This document shows positions 39,501 to 53,805 of a stretch of 64,000 nucleotides of DNA, piece by piece. Position 1 is the first letter of the stretch. The number at the start of each line of letters is the position of its first letter. The DNA comes from Octopus vulgaris (Eukaryota). A program made the position numbers and the translations under genes. The notes under the pieces were generated by a model. The model ran no database searches and was not told where the DNA came from. It saw nothing but the letters and a program-made list of their open reading frames with translations. The stretch lies in the NCBI GenBank assembly GCA_951406725.2, contig OX597815.1, positions 20,584,001-20,648,000 of the forward strand, read 5' to 3'.

Positions 39501-40124
39501 CTAGCTCTAGCATCTGCTGCCAGTAAGAAGGTCTTCTATATTTTCCATTTCCATTTTGTTGTTTCTTTTTTACTTGATCTATCTGGAAATCTTCAATTCT
39601 GGGATTTAAAATAAACTTTTTAAATAAGGAAAAGTTACTTCGTAATTTATACCGAATTATTTTTGTATAATTGAAGTGCAGCCTTCTTTTTCGGACAAAG
39701 CACTTCAGTTACTCTGTACTCACAGTAAACGTATTTTATTTCTGTTTTTTTTTTTTTAATTAACATGTCTAGACTTATGAAATTACTTTTCCTTTTATAG
39801 TTTCTTTTTTACTTGGTTAACTTTCCAGACAAATATTTTCAACGTGAATCTTATTAAAATTATAGGTAGTGTACTAGCACCCTTTTTATTTATTAGGTAT
39901 ACTCTTTTACTCTTTTACTTGTTTCAGTCATTTGACTGTAGCCATGCTGGAGCACCGCCTTTAGTCGAGCACATCGACCCCCAAGACTTATACTTTGTAA
40001 GCCCAGTACTTGTTCTATCGGTCTCTTTTGCCGAACCGCTAAGTAACGGGGACGTAAACACACCACCATCGGTTGTCAAGCGATGTTGGGGGACAAACAC
40101 AAACACATAAACTCATACACATAC

Positions 40125-40332
40125 ATGTGACCTCGTGTGTACCGTTGGCGATTTTTTTCCCTCTGTCTTCCCTTCTCTGGATCTTTCCTTCTCCTATGTT
40201 TCCGACGAAGAGCTCCGCTCGAAACGTTACACCCTCCTTCTTTCCTTCTTTCCTGAGCATCCAATAATACTATATTTGTTCCACGTCCTCGCGTTATTGT
40301 GTTTTTTTGCGCTTTCTTGTTTGGATTAACTT

Positions 40333-40337
<5 letters not shown>
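40125..40337 (+). mobile_element. Penelope-like terminus with minimal hammerhead variant
   Basis: CCGACGA-A-GAGC(TCC)GCTC-GAAA-CG-TT at 40202-40228. Shares TTCCTGAGC and TAATAC with 13365-13530 and ends in (TA)n. Confidence 0.65.
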
Positions 40338-40371
<34 letters not shown>

Positions 40372-40374
<3 letters not shown>

Positions 40375-40860
40375 TAAACAGTAAAAATAATTACAGACAT
40401 GGACAAGAACATGAAACACCACAGAGACGACACAAGAACCACAGGACAGGACATTCGAAGCCCTCAGTCATCAGTCAAGAACCAGATCATCTTAGCAATT
40501 TCGGCTGATTAATCTTGAGATTGCTCCGATATGGGCAGCCCGCCAAGGGAAATCTAAGCCAAGCGCATTAGATCCCCTGGAAGAAAGCTTCGAATGTATA
40601 CAACACGAGGACGGAAAACGAACGAAGTACACGAACAAAAATACAGAATACGTGACACCAATAGGAATACAAAAACGTAAAAACAATAACGGTAAAAATA
40701 AAAAATAATAAATAAAAAATAAACAACAAAACAAAACCAGGACGTAGGACAAGGGTCTTTCGACAGGACGAGTTGAGTATGGGGCTGGCTTATGAAGTTG
40801 TGCCTAATGGCCGCAGGGAGACGAACAAATACGTGTTGCTTCGGCGACTGCTGGAACGAT
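40372..40860 (-). mobile_element. Probable second Penelope-like terminal fragment
   Basis: Abuts (TA)n on both sides; internal inverted repeat ACATTCGAAGC/GCTTCGAATGT; similar T-rich tail on the minus strand. Confidence 0.45.
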
Positions 40861-41557
40861 ATATATATATATATACATATATACGACGGACTTCTTTCAG
40901 TTTCCGTCTACCAAATCCACTCACAAGGCTTTGGTTGGCCCAAGGCTATAGTAGAAAACACTTTCCCAAGGTGCCACGCAGTGGGAATGAACCCGGAACC
41001 ATGTGGTTCGTAAGCAAGCTACTTGCTACACAGCCATTCCTGCGCCTATATAAATATAGGTATATAAATTTCTGTCTAAGCATTTCGTTCAATTGAAAAA
41101 TACATTCACGCTTCAATTTCTTACAGTGTAATGAATTTACTCTATACTGTTATGTATATTCTATTAATCATACTTAGAACTGCGGGACATAAAAAATGTG
41201 TTAAATTCAGTTTCATTTGAACGACAAAATGAAAATACAGTCTATACGCCCGGTTCAATTACCAACGTATTATTGCAAAATATACTTTTAATCTTTTACT
41301 AACGTCAATCACAGAATTCTGGTCATATCATATGTGCTTTCAAGAATTTTTGTTGCTTGTATTGACTGCAGTACTTGAGGATTTACTTTACCAAATATAG
41401 AGAAACAGCGACGAAGAGACTCAGGCAAAATTTGAACTCACCATTTGATCTGACGCTCAACTGATCCTGCCATCTAACGCCCTAGGATCTCAAGCATTTT
41501 ATTAAATATTCGTATGAGCCATTAAGCTATAAGAATTATATTTCTTCCTTAATTAAT

Positions 41558-41720
41558 CTTTTACTCTTTTACTTGTTTCAGTCATTTGACTGCGGCCATG
41601 CTGGAGCACCGCCTTTAGTCGAGCACATCGACCCCGGGACTTATTCTTTGTAAGCCCAGTACTTACCAGCATCGGTTGTCAAGCAATGCTAGGGGTACAA
41701 ACACAGACACACAAACACAT

Positions 41721-41776
<56 letters not shown>

Positions 41777-41938
41777 GACAGGCTTCTTTCAGTTTCCGTC
41801 TACCAAATCCACTCACAAGGCATTGGTCGGCCCGGGGCTATAGCAGAAGACACTTGCCCAAGATGCCACGCAGTGGGACTGAACCCGGAACCATGTGGTT
41901 GGTTAGCAAGCTACTTACCACACAGCCACTCCTGCGCC
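41558..41938 (-). mobile_element. SINE A, young subfamily, internal deletion
   Basis: Lacks the segment between AGTACTT and ACCAGCATC. Confidence 0.93.
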
Positions 41939-42817
41939 TTGATCACAATAAACAAATTAGCCTGTTTGGCATCTCATTCCCTACTCTGACTACAAAACTC
42001 ATGTCTCAGCATCCAAGAGAGTGAAAGATAGAAAGTAGAAAATTTTGGATATTTAAGGTTCATTTGCAATGTAAAAATAATTGCAGAAAAGTTTGTAGAA
42101 GTTTGGATATTTAAAGATCACCTCCAATGTAAAAATAAAAAAAAGAGAGAAGGATTGGGTTTTCAGCCAATTTCCACCTGTAAATGTGCACTAGCGTAGT
42201 ACTAATGCAGCAGCTCTTTCATTCATTCTATCCAGCTGTCGTTTACCCGGTGCCCCGCTGAGTCAAGGGTGGGTGGTCTCCACAGGGTGTCAGTGTCTGT
42301 TCACGACTTCATAGGCACCGAAATCAGTTAGTAAAAGTGTAGCACACGTTACAGTACTTGCTTGCGAGTGACGGGTAAGCACACACACACACACACGCAC
42401 GCACAGACACACGCGCGCACATACACACGCGCGCACATACACACGCGCGCACATACACGCAAGCACACACGCACACACACATACACACATGCACATACAG
42501 ACGCGTGTGCACATACACAAACACACATACACACTCACCCACACACTCACTCAATCACTCACACACACACACAAACACACACACATACATGATATATATT
42601 ACCTGATATTCTTTATCGAACGATTAATACATTTCAATGAAGAACTCAGTACATTTAAAATGTGGGTTATATGTGAATGCTCGCAAGCACGTGTGTGGTT
42701 GTATGCCTCTATATATGTATATGTGCGTGTGTGTATGTGTGTATGCGTGTGTGCGTATGCATGTGTGTATGAGCGCGCCTTGTACATACTGTTTTTAAGC
42801 AATAGTGCAGACCAGTA

Positions 42818-42848
<31 letters not shown>

Positions 42849-42902
42849 TAATTAATAAGGGTTTGATTAACTGGTGCTATATATATATATAGTGATCACT
42901 CT

Positions 42903-42969
<67 letters not shown>

Positions 42970-42982
42970 GCATATGTATATA

Positions 42983-43058
<76 letters not shown>

Positions 43059-43489
43059 CAAGCAAACAGAGAGAGACAGAGAGAGAGAGAGAGAGAGCGG
43101 GAGAGAGATACACATGTATGCACATGAGTGTGTGTGTGTGTATTTTTCTGTGTATATGCATGTGCCTGTGTCGCGAAAGCACTACCAAAGTGCGACGAAT
43201 CGCTTTGGTACTTTATCGTAGTCGTTACTGTTAAGAATTAAACGAAAGCATTTTAATGTAGCAGACTCTTCAGTACTTGAATTAGTACTCTGATTATTAT
43301 TTACTCGCTCATTATGTATCTAATAATTTTTAGCTAAGTCTGTGTAAACCGTGGCACGCCCCTATGTGAGTGTGTGTGTGTGTGTATTTGTGCGTGTGTG
43401 TGTATTAATGCGTGTGCGTTTAACTATGTGAGCGCGCGCGTATTAGCGTATCTCTGTAAATTACAGGTTCGCTGAAACACACACAGATA

Positions 43490-43557
43490 CTCTCTCTTTT
43501 CTTCTCTTTCTAAATCTTTCTTACTCTCCTTCACTTTCTCTCTCTCTTTCTTTCTTA

Positions 43558-43590
<33 letters not shown>

Positions 43591-43914
43591 CTTCTTTCTT
43601 TCTCTCTCTCTCTCTTTCTTTCTTTCTCTCTCTCTCTCTCTCTTTCTCTCTCTCCTTCGCTTTCTCTCTCTCCTTCACTTTCTCTCTCTCTTTTTCTTTC
43701 TCTCTCCTTTACTTTCTCTCTCTCTCTTTCTTTCTCTCTCTCTCTTTCTTTCTTTCTCTCTTTCTCTTTCTCTCTCTCTCTTTCTTTCTCTCTCTCTCTT
43801 TCTTTCTCTCTCTCTCTTTCTTTCTCTCTCCTTCACTTTCTCTCTCTCTTTCTTTCTTTCTCTCTTTCTAAATCTTTCTCTCTCTCCTTCCCTTTCTCTC
43901 TCTCTCTCTTTCTT

Positions 43915-43947
<33 letters not shown>

Positions 43948-44137
43948 TTCTTTCTCTCTCTCTTTCTTTCTTTCTCTCTCTCTCTCTTTCTTTCTCTCTC
44001 CTTCACTTTCTCTCTCTCTTTCTTTCTTTCTCTCTCTCTCTTTCTTTCTTTCTCTCTCTTTCTTTCTTTCTCTCTCTCTCTTTCTTTCTCTCTCTCCTTC
44101 ACTTTCTTTCTCTCTCTCTCTCTCTTTCTCTCTCTCT
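43490..44137. repeat. Polypyrimidine (CT/CTTT) tract of about 650 bp
   Basis: Almost purely C/T on the plus strand, with higher-order CCTTCACTTT units. Confidence 0.98.
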
Positions 44138-44414
44138 CACACACAGACACAAACATGCATGATTCAGTGAACCTAATCATTTGACTAGGAAATCAACAGT
44201 TCAAAAGAAATCAGTTGTAAATACAGGATATAAAAACTTTATTCCGTTTTATACTTCGATGGAAATGGTTTCCAATCTGCATGTTGTAGGAAAAGGCGGA
44301 ATATATATATATCCACATATATATAAATACATATGCATACTTGCATATTTACACATGCGTGTGAGCGTGCGTTTGTATGTATATTTGTGTGTGCGCGTGC
44401 TTGCACATACACGC

Positions 44415-44447
<33 letters not shown>

Positions 44448-44602
44448 TACATCCTTAAAAATGTTTCAGCCAGAAGGGTGCGGCCATGCTGGGGCACCAC
44501 CGTTGAATGAGCTACACTAGCATGTGAAACCACCTCTGATACGTGGCACTCGATCAACAAGGGAGTTCGATATGCCGCTGCCCGCATCTGTGTTTCCTGC
44601 TG

Positions 44603-44663
<61 letters not shown>

Positions 44664-44695
44664 CGTGTGGGTGTGGGTGTGTGAGTATATATATA

Positions 44696-44737
<42 letters not shown>

Positions 44738-44747
44738 TATATATATA

Positions 44748-44786
<39 letters not shown>

Positions 44787-44787
44787 G

Positions 44788-44820
<33 letters not shown>

Positions 44821-45585
44821 ATATGCATGATATCATATATCTAAATCATTTTTTAGAATTTACGACTAAAAATATTTTGTCGTCCTCTTTACTGATATAA
44901 CAGAAACATTCTTACGTATCGTTACGATTGCTCCGTCTAGGACTTGCACTTTAAAACCAAGTCTTGTCGTATATATTTTTATCTACCTTCCTGAAATTTA
45001 TTTCCTTGTCACATATTACTTCAAACTAATTTTTTTATTTTTACTTTCACTTTTACTTTCACTTTTACTTCATTTCCCCCCTTTTTTTTACTCTCCCCTT
45101 TCCAGCTCTCCCATTTCTCTTACCACAAACTTCCTTCTTTCTTCAAAACACTCTCTATTGTCACCCACTTCCACGGCGTCCATCTGCCGTGTTTTTAAAA
45201 CGTCTAGCTTTCATGGGACGTGATAACAGATAAATCTGTTTACTCAATCCACCGTTTCTTTCCACGTCATGAATACTCACCGCAAATATCCTCCGCTGAC
45301 TGATGCCGCCTTTGGCACCCCTTACTCGCATTAAGTGAATTCATCACTTCCACTGCTGCCGCCACGATGCCTTTCTTAGCAGGATGTGGGCCATTAACAA
45401 ATAGAGAGCCCGTTGCTACTGTCCTAGCCTCAAATTGAAATGAAGCGTATTCAAAGCAATCAAGGCTACATATGTAATGTTAATGAATGACACAAGGAAA
45501 GATTTCAATTGCGCAGTAGTATGTGAATATTTTATTCACGTTTAAACCAAAAAGCAAAAGTAGAATGATGAAATGCTTCAATCAT

Positions 45586-45800
45586 TACTCTTACTCTTTT
45601 GCTCTTTTACTTGTTTCAGTCATTTGACTGCAGCCATGCTGGAGCACCGCCTTTAGTCGAGCAAATCGACCCCAGGACTTATTCTTTGTAAGCCCAGTAA
45701 CTTATTCTATCGGTCTCTTTTGCCGAACCGCTAAGTGACGGGGACGTAAACACTCCAGCATCGGTTGTCAAGCAATGATAGGGGGACAAACACAGACACA

Positions 45801-45892
<92 letters not shown>

Positions 45893-46052
45893 TACGACAG
45901 GCTTCTTTCAGTTTCCGTCTACCAAATCCACTCACAAGGCATTGGTCGGCCCGGGGCTATAGCAGAAGACACTTGCCCAAGATGCCACGCAGTGGGACTG
46001 AACCCGGAACCATGTGGTTGGTTAGCAAGCTACTTACCACACAGCCACTCCT
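45586..46052 (-). mobile_element. SINE A, young subfamily
   Basis: Full length, with the same diagnostic variants as 35729. Confidence 0.95.
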
Positions 46053-46245
46053 TATTAATTTTTGTAAATGCTATTCTACTCATTTCGAGCCACCTTTTTT
46101 TTCTTTTTATTATCAACTGACGAGTAAAATGTAGAAGTAGAAAATATTCTACAACTAATTTCTTTAACTGCTTATTTCTTTGTAAAATGTAGAGAGAACC
46201 ATTTTGACGATTAAATTTGCTTTCATGTATCATATTGATATCAAC

Positions 46246-46722
46246 CGATGTGTTGATACCAATATGTATTTTTTTACTACCCACAAGGGGCTAAACACAG
46301 AGAGGACAAACAAGGACAGACAAACGGATTAAGTCGATTACATCGACCCCAGTGTGTAACTGGTACTTAATTTATCGACCCCGAAAGGAGGTCGACTTTG
46401 CCTTTCATCCTTTCGGGGTCGATAAATTAAGGACCAGTTACGCACTGGGGTCGATGTAATTGACTTAATCCGTTAGTCTGTCCCTGTTTCCTCCCTCTAT
46501 GTTTAGCCCCGGTGGGCAATAAAGAAATATATAATAGAAGACACTTGGCCACTGGTACTTAATTTATCGACCCCGAAAGGAGGTCGACTTTGCCTTTCAT
46601 CCTTTCGGGGTCGATAAATTAAGTACCAGTTACGCACTGGGGTCGATGTCATCGACTTAATCCGTTTGTCTGTCCTTGTTTGTCCTCTCTGTGTTTAGCC
46701 CCTTGTGGGTAGTAAAGAAATA
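46246..46722. mobile_element. Rearranged SINE B fold-back composite
   Basis: Inverted SINE B 3' part, then two forward 3' parts, each preceded by the junction CCCCGAAAGGA|GGTCGAC. Direct repeat CATATTGATATCAAC at 46231 and 46723. Confidence 0.9.
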
Positions 46723-47929
46723 CATATTGATATCAACACATCAGTGATTTGGTGTTTTCAGCAGAAATAACGGACTAAAAATTAGGGATTGGCTACAACA
46801 TAAAGTTGATATGAATTTCAGTCCTTGCATCCCATGTTCAAATGTATATCATAGTTTGGTTTACTGAAGCTCCTCATCTCCATTCTCTCTCCCCTCCTTC
46901 TTTCTCTCCTTCACTCTTTCTCTCCCCTCTCTCACTTTCTCTCTCTCCCTCTCTTTTTCTCTTTTACCCTCTCTCTTTCTCTCTTTCCCCCTCTCTTTTC
47001 TTTCTCTCCAAGCCCAAAAATCTAATGAAATTATTGCTCCATAATCCATGCATGTAATAAATATAAGGTTTGTGGAGATTTTATTAGGTTATAAAGGGAA
47101 TCCGCATACTACAGTTAAAAATATGGATGGAAGAATTTGTAATTCTCTGCTTTAGTATCACTTCTTGATCTTTGATTTAAGATCAAAGTGTGGTATTTAG
47201 TTAAGTTACTTTTATGCTCAGCGCTGAAATCCAGCTGAACTAGCGTTGCCTTATCATCCCTCAGGGGGAGGTATACACTTGCTGAACACTAAGACAAATT
47301 TAATTGACTACAACCATCCTTTAAAGCAATGATTTTAACAAGAACATACGAAAAATACGTTATAATTTTGGTTTAAATTTCTCTATAATATATTCAGTAT
47401 TTGATCTTAATAACCATTTTAATGTATTTATCCAAAGAATATTTTCAAAGTACCAGGCTATAACATGCTGAAAATTTTAATTTTTAATTATGCTAAAAAC
47501 TAGAATCTCAGAGCAAGAATCAATATCTACCGCACTATATTTAACATACTTTTAACATGCTAGTTTTGGGGACAAAAACAGAAAATAATTTTGCAGCAAA
47601 TAATCCATTAGATTATGTTGTCAAATGTTTAATTTATGATGTTAATTAACTATGGTGTTAATTAATTTATAATGTTATCTAAGGCACATACTACGAATAT
47701 TGAAATTAAACAATAGTCATATTATAGGGCTGAACCACAGATCACTGGGCTATTAGTCTACATATGCGCATGCTCACAGAAGCAGCTCTGCCTATTTATC
47801 TCTGATTCTGTCTATTCGGCTATCTGTCTGTACGTATGACTCTTTCTCTCCCTCTTTCTCATGATAACCTATCCTAGCTTATGACCACATCGTTTAACTC
47901 ATTTTCACATTGACTGTTTATCTTCTGGG

Positions 47930-49330
47930 GAGATATACAATAATCAGTTCACCGGAGCGACCATAGGCACCAAGATGTGTATGAATTATCTCAGCTAGCT
48001 AGTTGGTGACAATTAGGTCCAATTTTTCGCCCAGTACTCTGGCCTCATCCCCGTGCTATACATTAGTTATATCCATGACATTATTGGTGTCTTCTCACTT
48101 AACAAGAGACTAACACACATCCTTCATCTTTTTTGTTAACACTTTCTACAGCGCACTAGAATCCATTTGCAGCACCTCGATTTCCTTCAAGAATTTCGGT
48201 GATATCTGTGATTAATCAACACTCCTACATATCCACATCATTATAAAAAAATCAACTGAGAAGGCGGCGAGCTGGCAGAAACGTTAGCCCGCCGGGCGAA
48301 ATGCTTAGCGGTATTTCGTCTGTCGTTACGTTCTGAGTTCAACTTTGCCTTTCATCCTTTCGAGGTCGATAAATTAAGTACCAGTTACGACTTAATCCGT
48401 TTGTCTGTCCTTGTTTGTCCCCTCTGTGTTTAGCCCCCTGTGGGTTGTAAAGAAATAGGTATTTCGTCTGTCGTTACGTTCTGAGTTCAAATTCCGCCGA
48501 GGTCGACTTTGCCTTTCATCCTTTCGGGGTCGTTAATTAAAGTACCTGTTTTGCACTGGAGTCGATATAATCGACTTGATCCCTTTGTCTGTCCTTGTTT
48601 GTCCCCTCTATGTTTAGCCCCTTGTGGGTAGTAAAGAAATATATATATATAAATCAACTGACTCTCAACTTCTTCCCAACACACTTGCATTATCCACGTT
48701 TCCCCAACGGCAAAAACTCTCACATCAATTGTTTTTCCAGTAGGAGCAACGTTTCGAGGATCAACGATATTCCCAGCCCGCCGTGGACGTTGCCCACCAC
48801 CAAGTCCAGACTTTTAAACTTGCCACCACTCTTCTTCCGTACACCCTGCCGCCCGACCACTGCTTCCTCCTTTCTCTTCTCCTTCACCTTTCACTATGAT
48901 ACACGACAATTTCATTACCCGATCACCCACAACTTCCATCTTCTGCTGTTCGACGCTGTCATTTCAACATCCCTTTTCATCAAGCGTATGGCGTAAAAAT
49001 ATAAAAAGGAACCGTCTGCTCAAAAGTTATTTCGTCTCTTGCCAAACCCAACTAGGAACCGCCACCTGCCAACTCACCCTATGCAATATCTGTTCCAATA
49101 TCTCCAACACTGCCACTGTGCATGACCCCGTGTTCAATGTTCAAGTTTTCGACCGTCGTTTGCACTTCTAACAATCTGCCGTGAAGCTTTATTTGAACTT
49201 CTCTATCCTTTAACTACCTATCCACTACCATTTTATAGCCAGATGGAGATACAAAAACTTGGAGAATAACGGTTCATGTTGCAAGTGAGGACTTCTACTC
49301 CCAGCAATATGATCTCTCATCTGCATTACC
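47930..49330 (+). mobile_element. Decayed Penelope-like retroelement (Neptune/Poseidon-like RT plus linker)
   Basis: GATIGTKMCMNY (GVAMGT motif), YIHDIIG (YxDD), FVNTFYS, ITHNFHLL and CQLTLCNIC zinc-finger remnant. Confidence 0.7.
48261..48650 (+). mobile_element. SINE B with partial tandem duplication, inserted in the Penelope remnant
   Basis: TSD AAATCAACTGA; same internal junction as the 8469 copy. Confidence 0.92.
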
Positions 49331-49608
49331 TCTAATTCCTTCATCCATAGCAAATCTTTTCTTTGTCGCGCATAAACGCTACGTACATTTCTTGCATATT
49401 TTTACTGTTCCGCTTACATAGCATATTTGCATTGTGCATGTCAACTGGTTGATTTCTTGTTCTACCTCCCCCTGTTTTTCCTGTAGTATATAAATGTATG
49501 TGTGGATATGTATGTATATACATATACATATAGACACACATATATGTATATGCATAATTCAATTATAAATCATGCAAAATTCTTATAGGTATAGTTAATA
49601 GACAAAAC

Positions 49609-50027
49609 AGATCTTTTCGGTTTGAACGGCAGTTTTTTCTAGCTGTGTTATATGAAATTGTCACCCATAATTATGACCCTAGTATCGATCTATTGCATTT
49701 CAATCTGTTTTAGGGTTAGGGTTAGAGTTAGGGGTGGGGGGAAGGGTATCTTTTTTTCTTCACAAATGTAAATAAACCCAATCTGTTTCTTAAACGAGGG
49801 GCATATTCATACGGCACAGAATGTTTTTTACCTCAATGTACGTCACTGATTGGTTGAAATTGCAGAAATTGAAGAAAAAAACAAATATCTTACAAACTAT
49901 AGAATTTTCTCAATAAAGCCAAGAGAAAAAGATGTTTTATAAACACATTCTACCAGTATACGAAGTTTAAAATTTTTTAGCTACCTAGAAATTATGTTAA
50001 AAACTGCCGTTCAAACCGAAAAGATCC
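49609..50027. mobile_element. MITE with 8-bp TSD (Merlin- or hAT-like)
   Basis: TIR RGATCTTTTCGGTTTGAACGGCAGTTTTT; TSD GACAAAAC at 49601 and 50028. Confidence 0.92.
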
Positions 50028-51342
50028 GACAAAACTAATAAAAATAATAATAATGTGTTTAATTACTTGTTTGATTAATGTAACGCTATCAATATACAAC
50101 GTCACAGTGACGGATCTAGTTTCCTTGTATAAGATATTCAGAGAGTCTAACATGTTACTGTAATCCCAAATCGTGGAAGAGCATAGCAACAACAAGAATA
50201 CAGAAGTCTTTCTGAAAGTATGAAGAATAAATTTGTGTATATAGCTTCAGTATTCACTGTAAGACTTAAGCTTTCAGCAGAGTTTGGCTCTCAGCATACG
50301 CTTAGACATGTGGATATGACGGATGTAAGGTTGCAATGTCAAGACTTTATAATCGCCAGCGACCGACACAATTTTAAGGCTTCTAAGGCATGAAATGTAA
50401 CACAAGAACGCATCAATTCCAGTGGCAGAAGGTCAAGAAGGAAAGTAAGTGTGATGTTTTGTAGACAATATTTCGAATTTTATTCACTGACTCAGTTCAG
50501 TTACTCTAATCTTGTATCAGTTGGCAAAGTGCCAATCAAATTCCCGCAGTTATATGGATCTTTCAGACAGCTAAAATAGGAGAGTAAAATGAATTTCAGT
50601 AAGAGCGCATAATGTGTTTACCCCCGACTGACAGCAGAATGTAGAATGTCCGGTGACTGGAATGGCATCGGCAACAAATATGCATATAACAAAAAAAAAA
50701 AAAAAAAATTAATGTTGAAAATTAATATAATAAATTTGGTTAACATTTGATCGTAACCTTAAAAGTGAAATGAATAAATAAATATAATGCATGATTATAA
50801 GGTTAAAATTACAGCTGTTATTCATATAAAATATTTCTAAACACGCAATTTATGAATAAAATATCAGATATACAGAGAATAAATAAAGAAAATAAAAGCA
50901 CACACACACACACAATCAAAACTAATATGGAGAGATATTTAACTGCATTCTTCATGCAGCACCTTCTAAAATATTTATATTATTAAAAAATAAAATGACG
51001 TATAAAAGAAGTAAAAAGTAAAGATAATAAAAAAAAAAATTTTGTACAAGGAGTTGAATTCTTAGTCGCAACTTAGAAGCTGAATAAGTTGCTGCTGCAA
51101 ATTACTCTCCCTACCCCCCTCTCTCTCTCACTCCTTCTTTCTCGCTTTCTTTCTTTGTGTGTGTGATAGTCATCTCTGTCTTGACTTACATAACTTAAGA
51201 AGGAAGACAGATACATCGGCAAATGTTATTGATATTCTATGGTAACTTTCTTTGATATATGTCGGAAGACAGTGTATTCGATTTTATCTATTTTACACCA
51301 GTATATTACTGGTATTTTTCTCCGAACGGGATAGAGATAAAG

Positions 51343-51930
<588 letters not shown>

Positions 51931-53622
51931 CATACACGTATTTATATATACGTATGGTATTTTATCCCTTATTTTGCACCTATGTGCATACTAGTCTGTG
52001 TGTATGTTGTATGTGTATGTATGTATATGTATGTGTATGTGTGCGCGCCTGCGTGTATGTGTTTGTGTGTAGAATCATGTAAGAATTTACCAGTCAGAAA
52101 AAAATACATTCGTATATTATCAAAGCATACAGTATTATAGAGCCATTTCAACCGATTTTACCTATCGGTTTTGCTCTGGGTTAGGGTTAGATAGCTGAAG
52201 GTTGAAGTAAAACCGTGCACTATTCTACTGTCTGTCATAGAAGAATGTGTGTGTGTGTGTGTGTGTGTGAGTGTGTGTGTGTGTGTTTGTGTGTGCCCAC
52301 ACGCATGTATGTGTATGTGGAAGGAAATATTGAATAATGTCCCTGGTGTAATATATCCCAAAATAAGATGAAATGGTTATAGCTAGAAGGCCTTTGATAA
52401 ATTCAATCAGGGTTGATATGTGAGCGAACGAACGTCACCAATACCACACTACTAGCACAACAACCACCACATGAAAACCATCATAGCAAAACGTTTGTAC
52501 TGATTGACTTATTTACAGAACGCAAGGAAACATTTGGCTATGTTGCTATTGGCTGCTTAGAAGCAGTAAACAAATTTGAATATATCAAGAGGAAAACACA
52601 AGAGTTTTAGAGCTTTCAGTGGTAGATTCAAAAAGAATTAGCATGAAATAATTAATTAGTTTTTCATCCTAGAAGCTATCGTCTACGATATGTAAGATCC
52701 TTTGACAGAGGAAAGAAATAACAACAGTCACTGCAATACGATTAGTGACGTTTTCTAAGACAGGAAACCACATATTTTGGGGCTGTGGAAAGTTTAATCA
52801 ATAATTAACATGGCTGCTGGAAAATACTCCAGAGGAGTATTCTTCTTGCAAAATATAACTATGCACGGTAGGTCTGACACAAGTAATATAGTGAACTGAA
52901 AAACTACGGTTGACGGTGATTTATAAAACAATTCATAAGCAAAAACTCCCTTTAAATGTGTTTAAAATATATAAATGAGGAGTAAGAGAAGTAATTTCAA
53001 TAAAATTAATCTACTATTTTACTAATTTACAATAAGAATACAAAATACAAAATGGCTGATCGTTAGTAAGGAGAGACACACAAATAAGAAAGAAGAAAGC
53101 AAAGGACCAATGATGAGGTCACAGAAGTGTGACGAAAGAATTCTGGTCGAAATAAGATTAAGATTAATGTGAAAAATAAATAAAGCTGAAGCAAATTAAC
53201 ACCAAATATATAGTGCGTGCGTTTTTATTGGCTAAACTGGCAACATGACCATTCCTAAATACAATTTTCTTTTCTAATAATCCTATTTCCTTGAAAAAAT
53301 TTCACCTAGGCGTTACCCATTATAATTCGTCTTGGCCTAACAGCCTTTAATATTTTGCCTTCGTTGATTGTTTACTCTGTCGTTGTTTGTTCGTCCAAAG
53401 CGTTAACTCTCCATGAATTTTATATTTTTAAAATTTCCAGATGCTGCTGTCTTATGAAGTTTTCCTCTATTGTCGTTAGAAGAACGAAATAGGAGTAATA
53501 AACAGTCCGACAACCGATGAAGTGTTATCTTCTTTTGGTATTTTGTACTGTACTTTCCTCTCATGTGTTTACATATTTTTCACTCGTTGGTGATGTCCTG
53601 TACACAATGTGTATTTTTTATG

Positions 53623-53665
<43 letters not shown>

Positions 53666-53805
53666 GATAAACATGTACGTGTACGACTCGCACTGCATGC
53701 TAGCTTACATATCACCATAAAAATAACGCGTGCCGTATTCGTGCAAATAAGCGAAAGATTCATGAAATGGTTCAATATATATATTTTTTATATTTTATAT
53801 AAATA

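Larger units (their letters stand above)
39900..41047 (-). mobile_element. SINE A split by about 750 bp of nested insertions
   Basis: 3' half at 39900-40105 and 5' half at 40880-41047. Confidence 0.9.

Noticed and set aside
40450-40600. CTGATGA and GGCTG..CAGCC-GAAA on the minus strand
   Set aside because: The elements are not in a compatible order, and the core upstream of the stem is TTGGCGG; at best a dead HHR.
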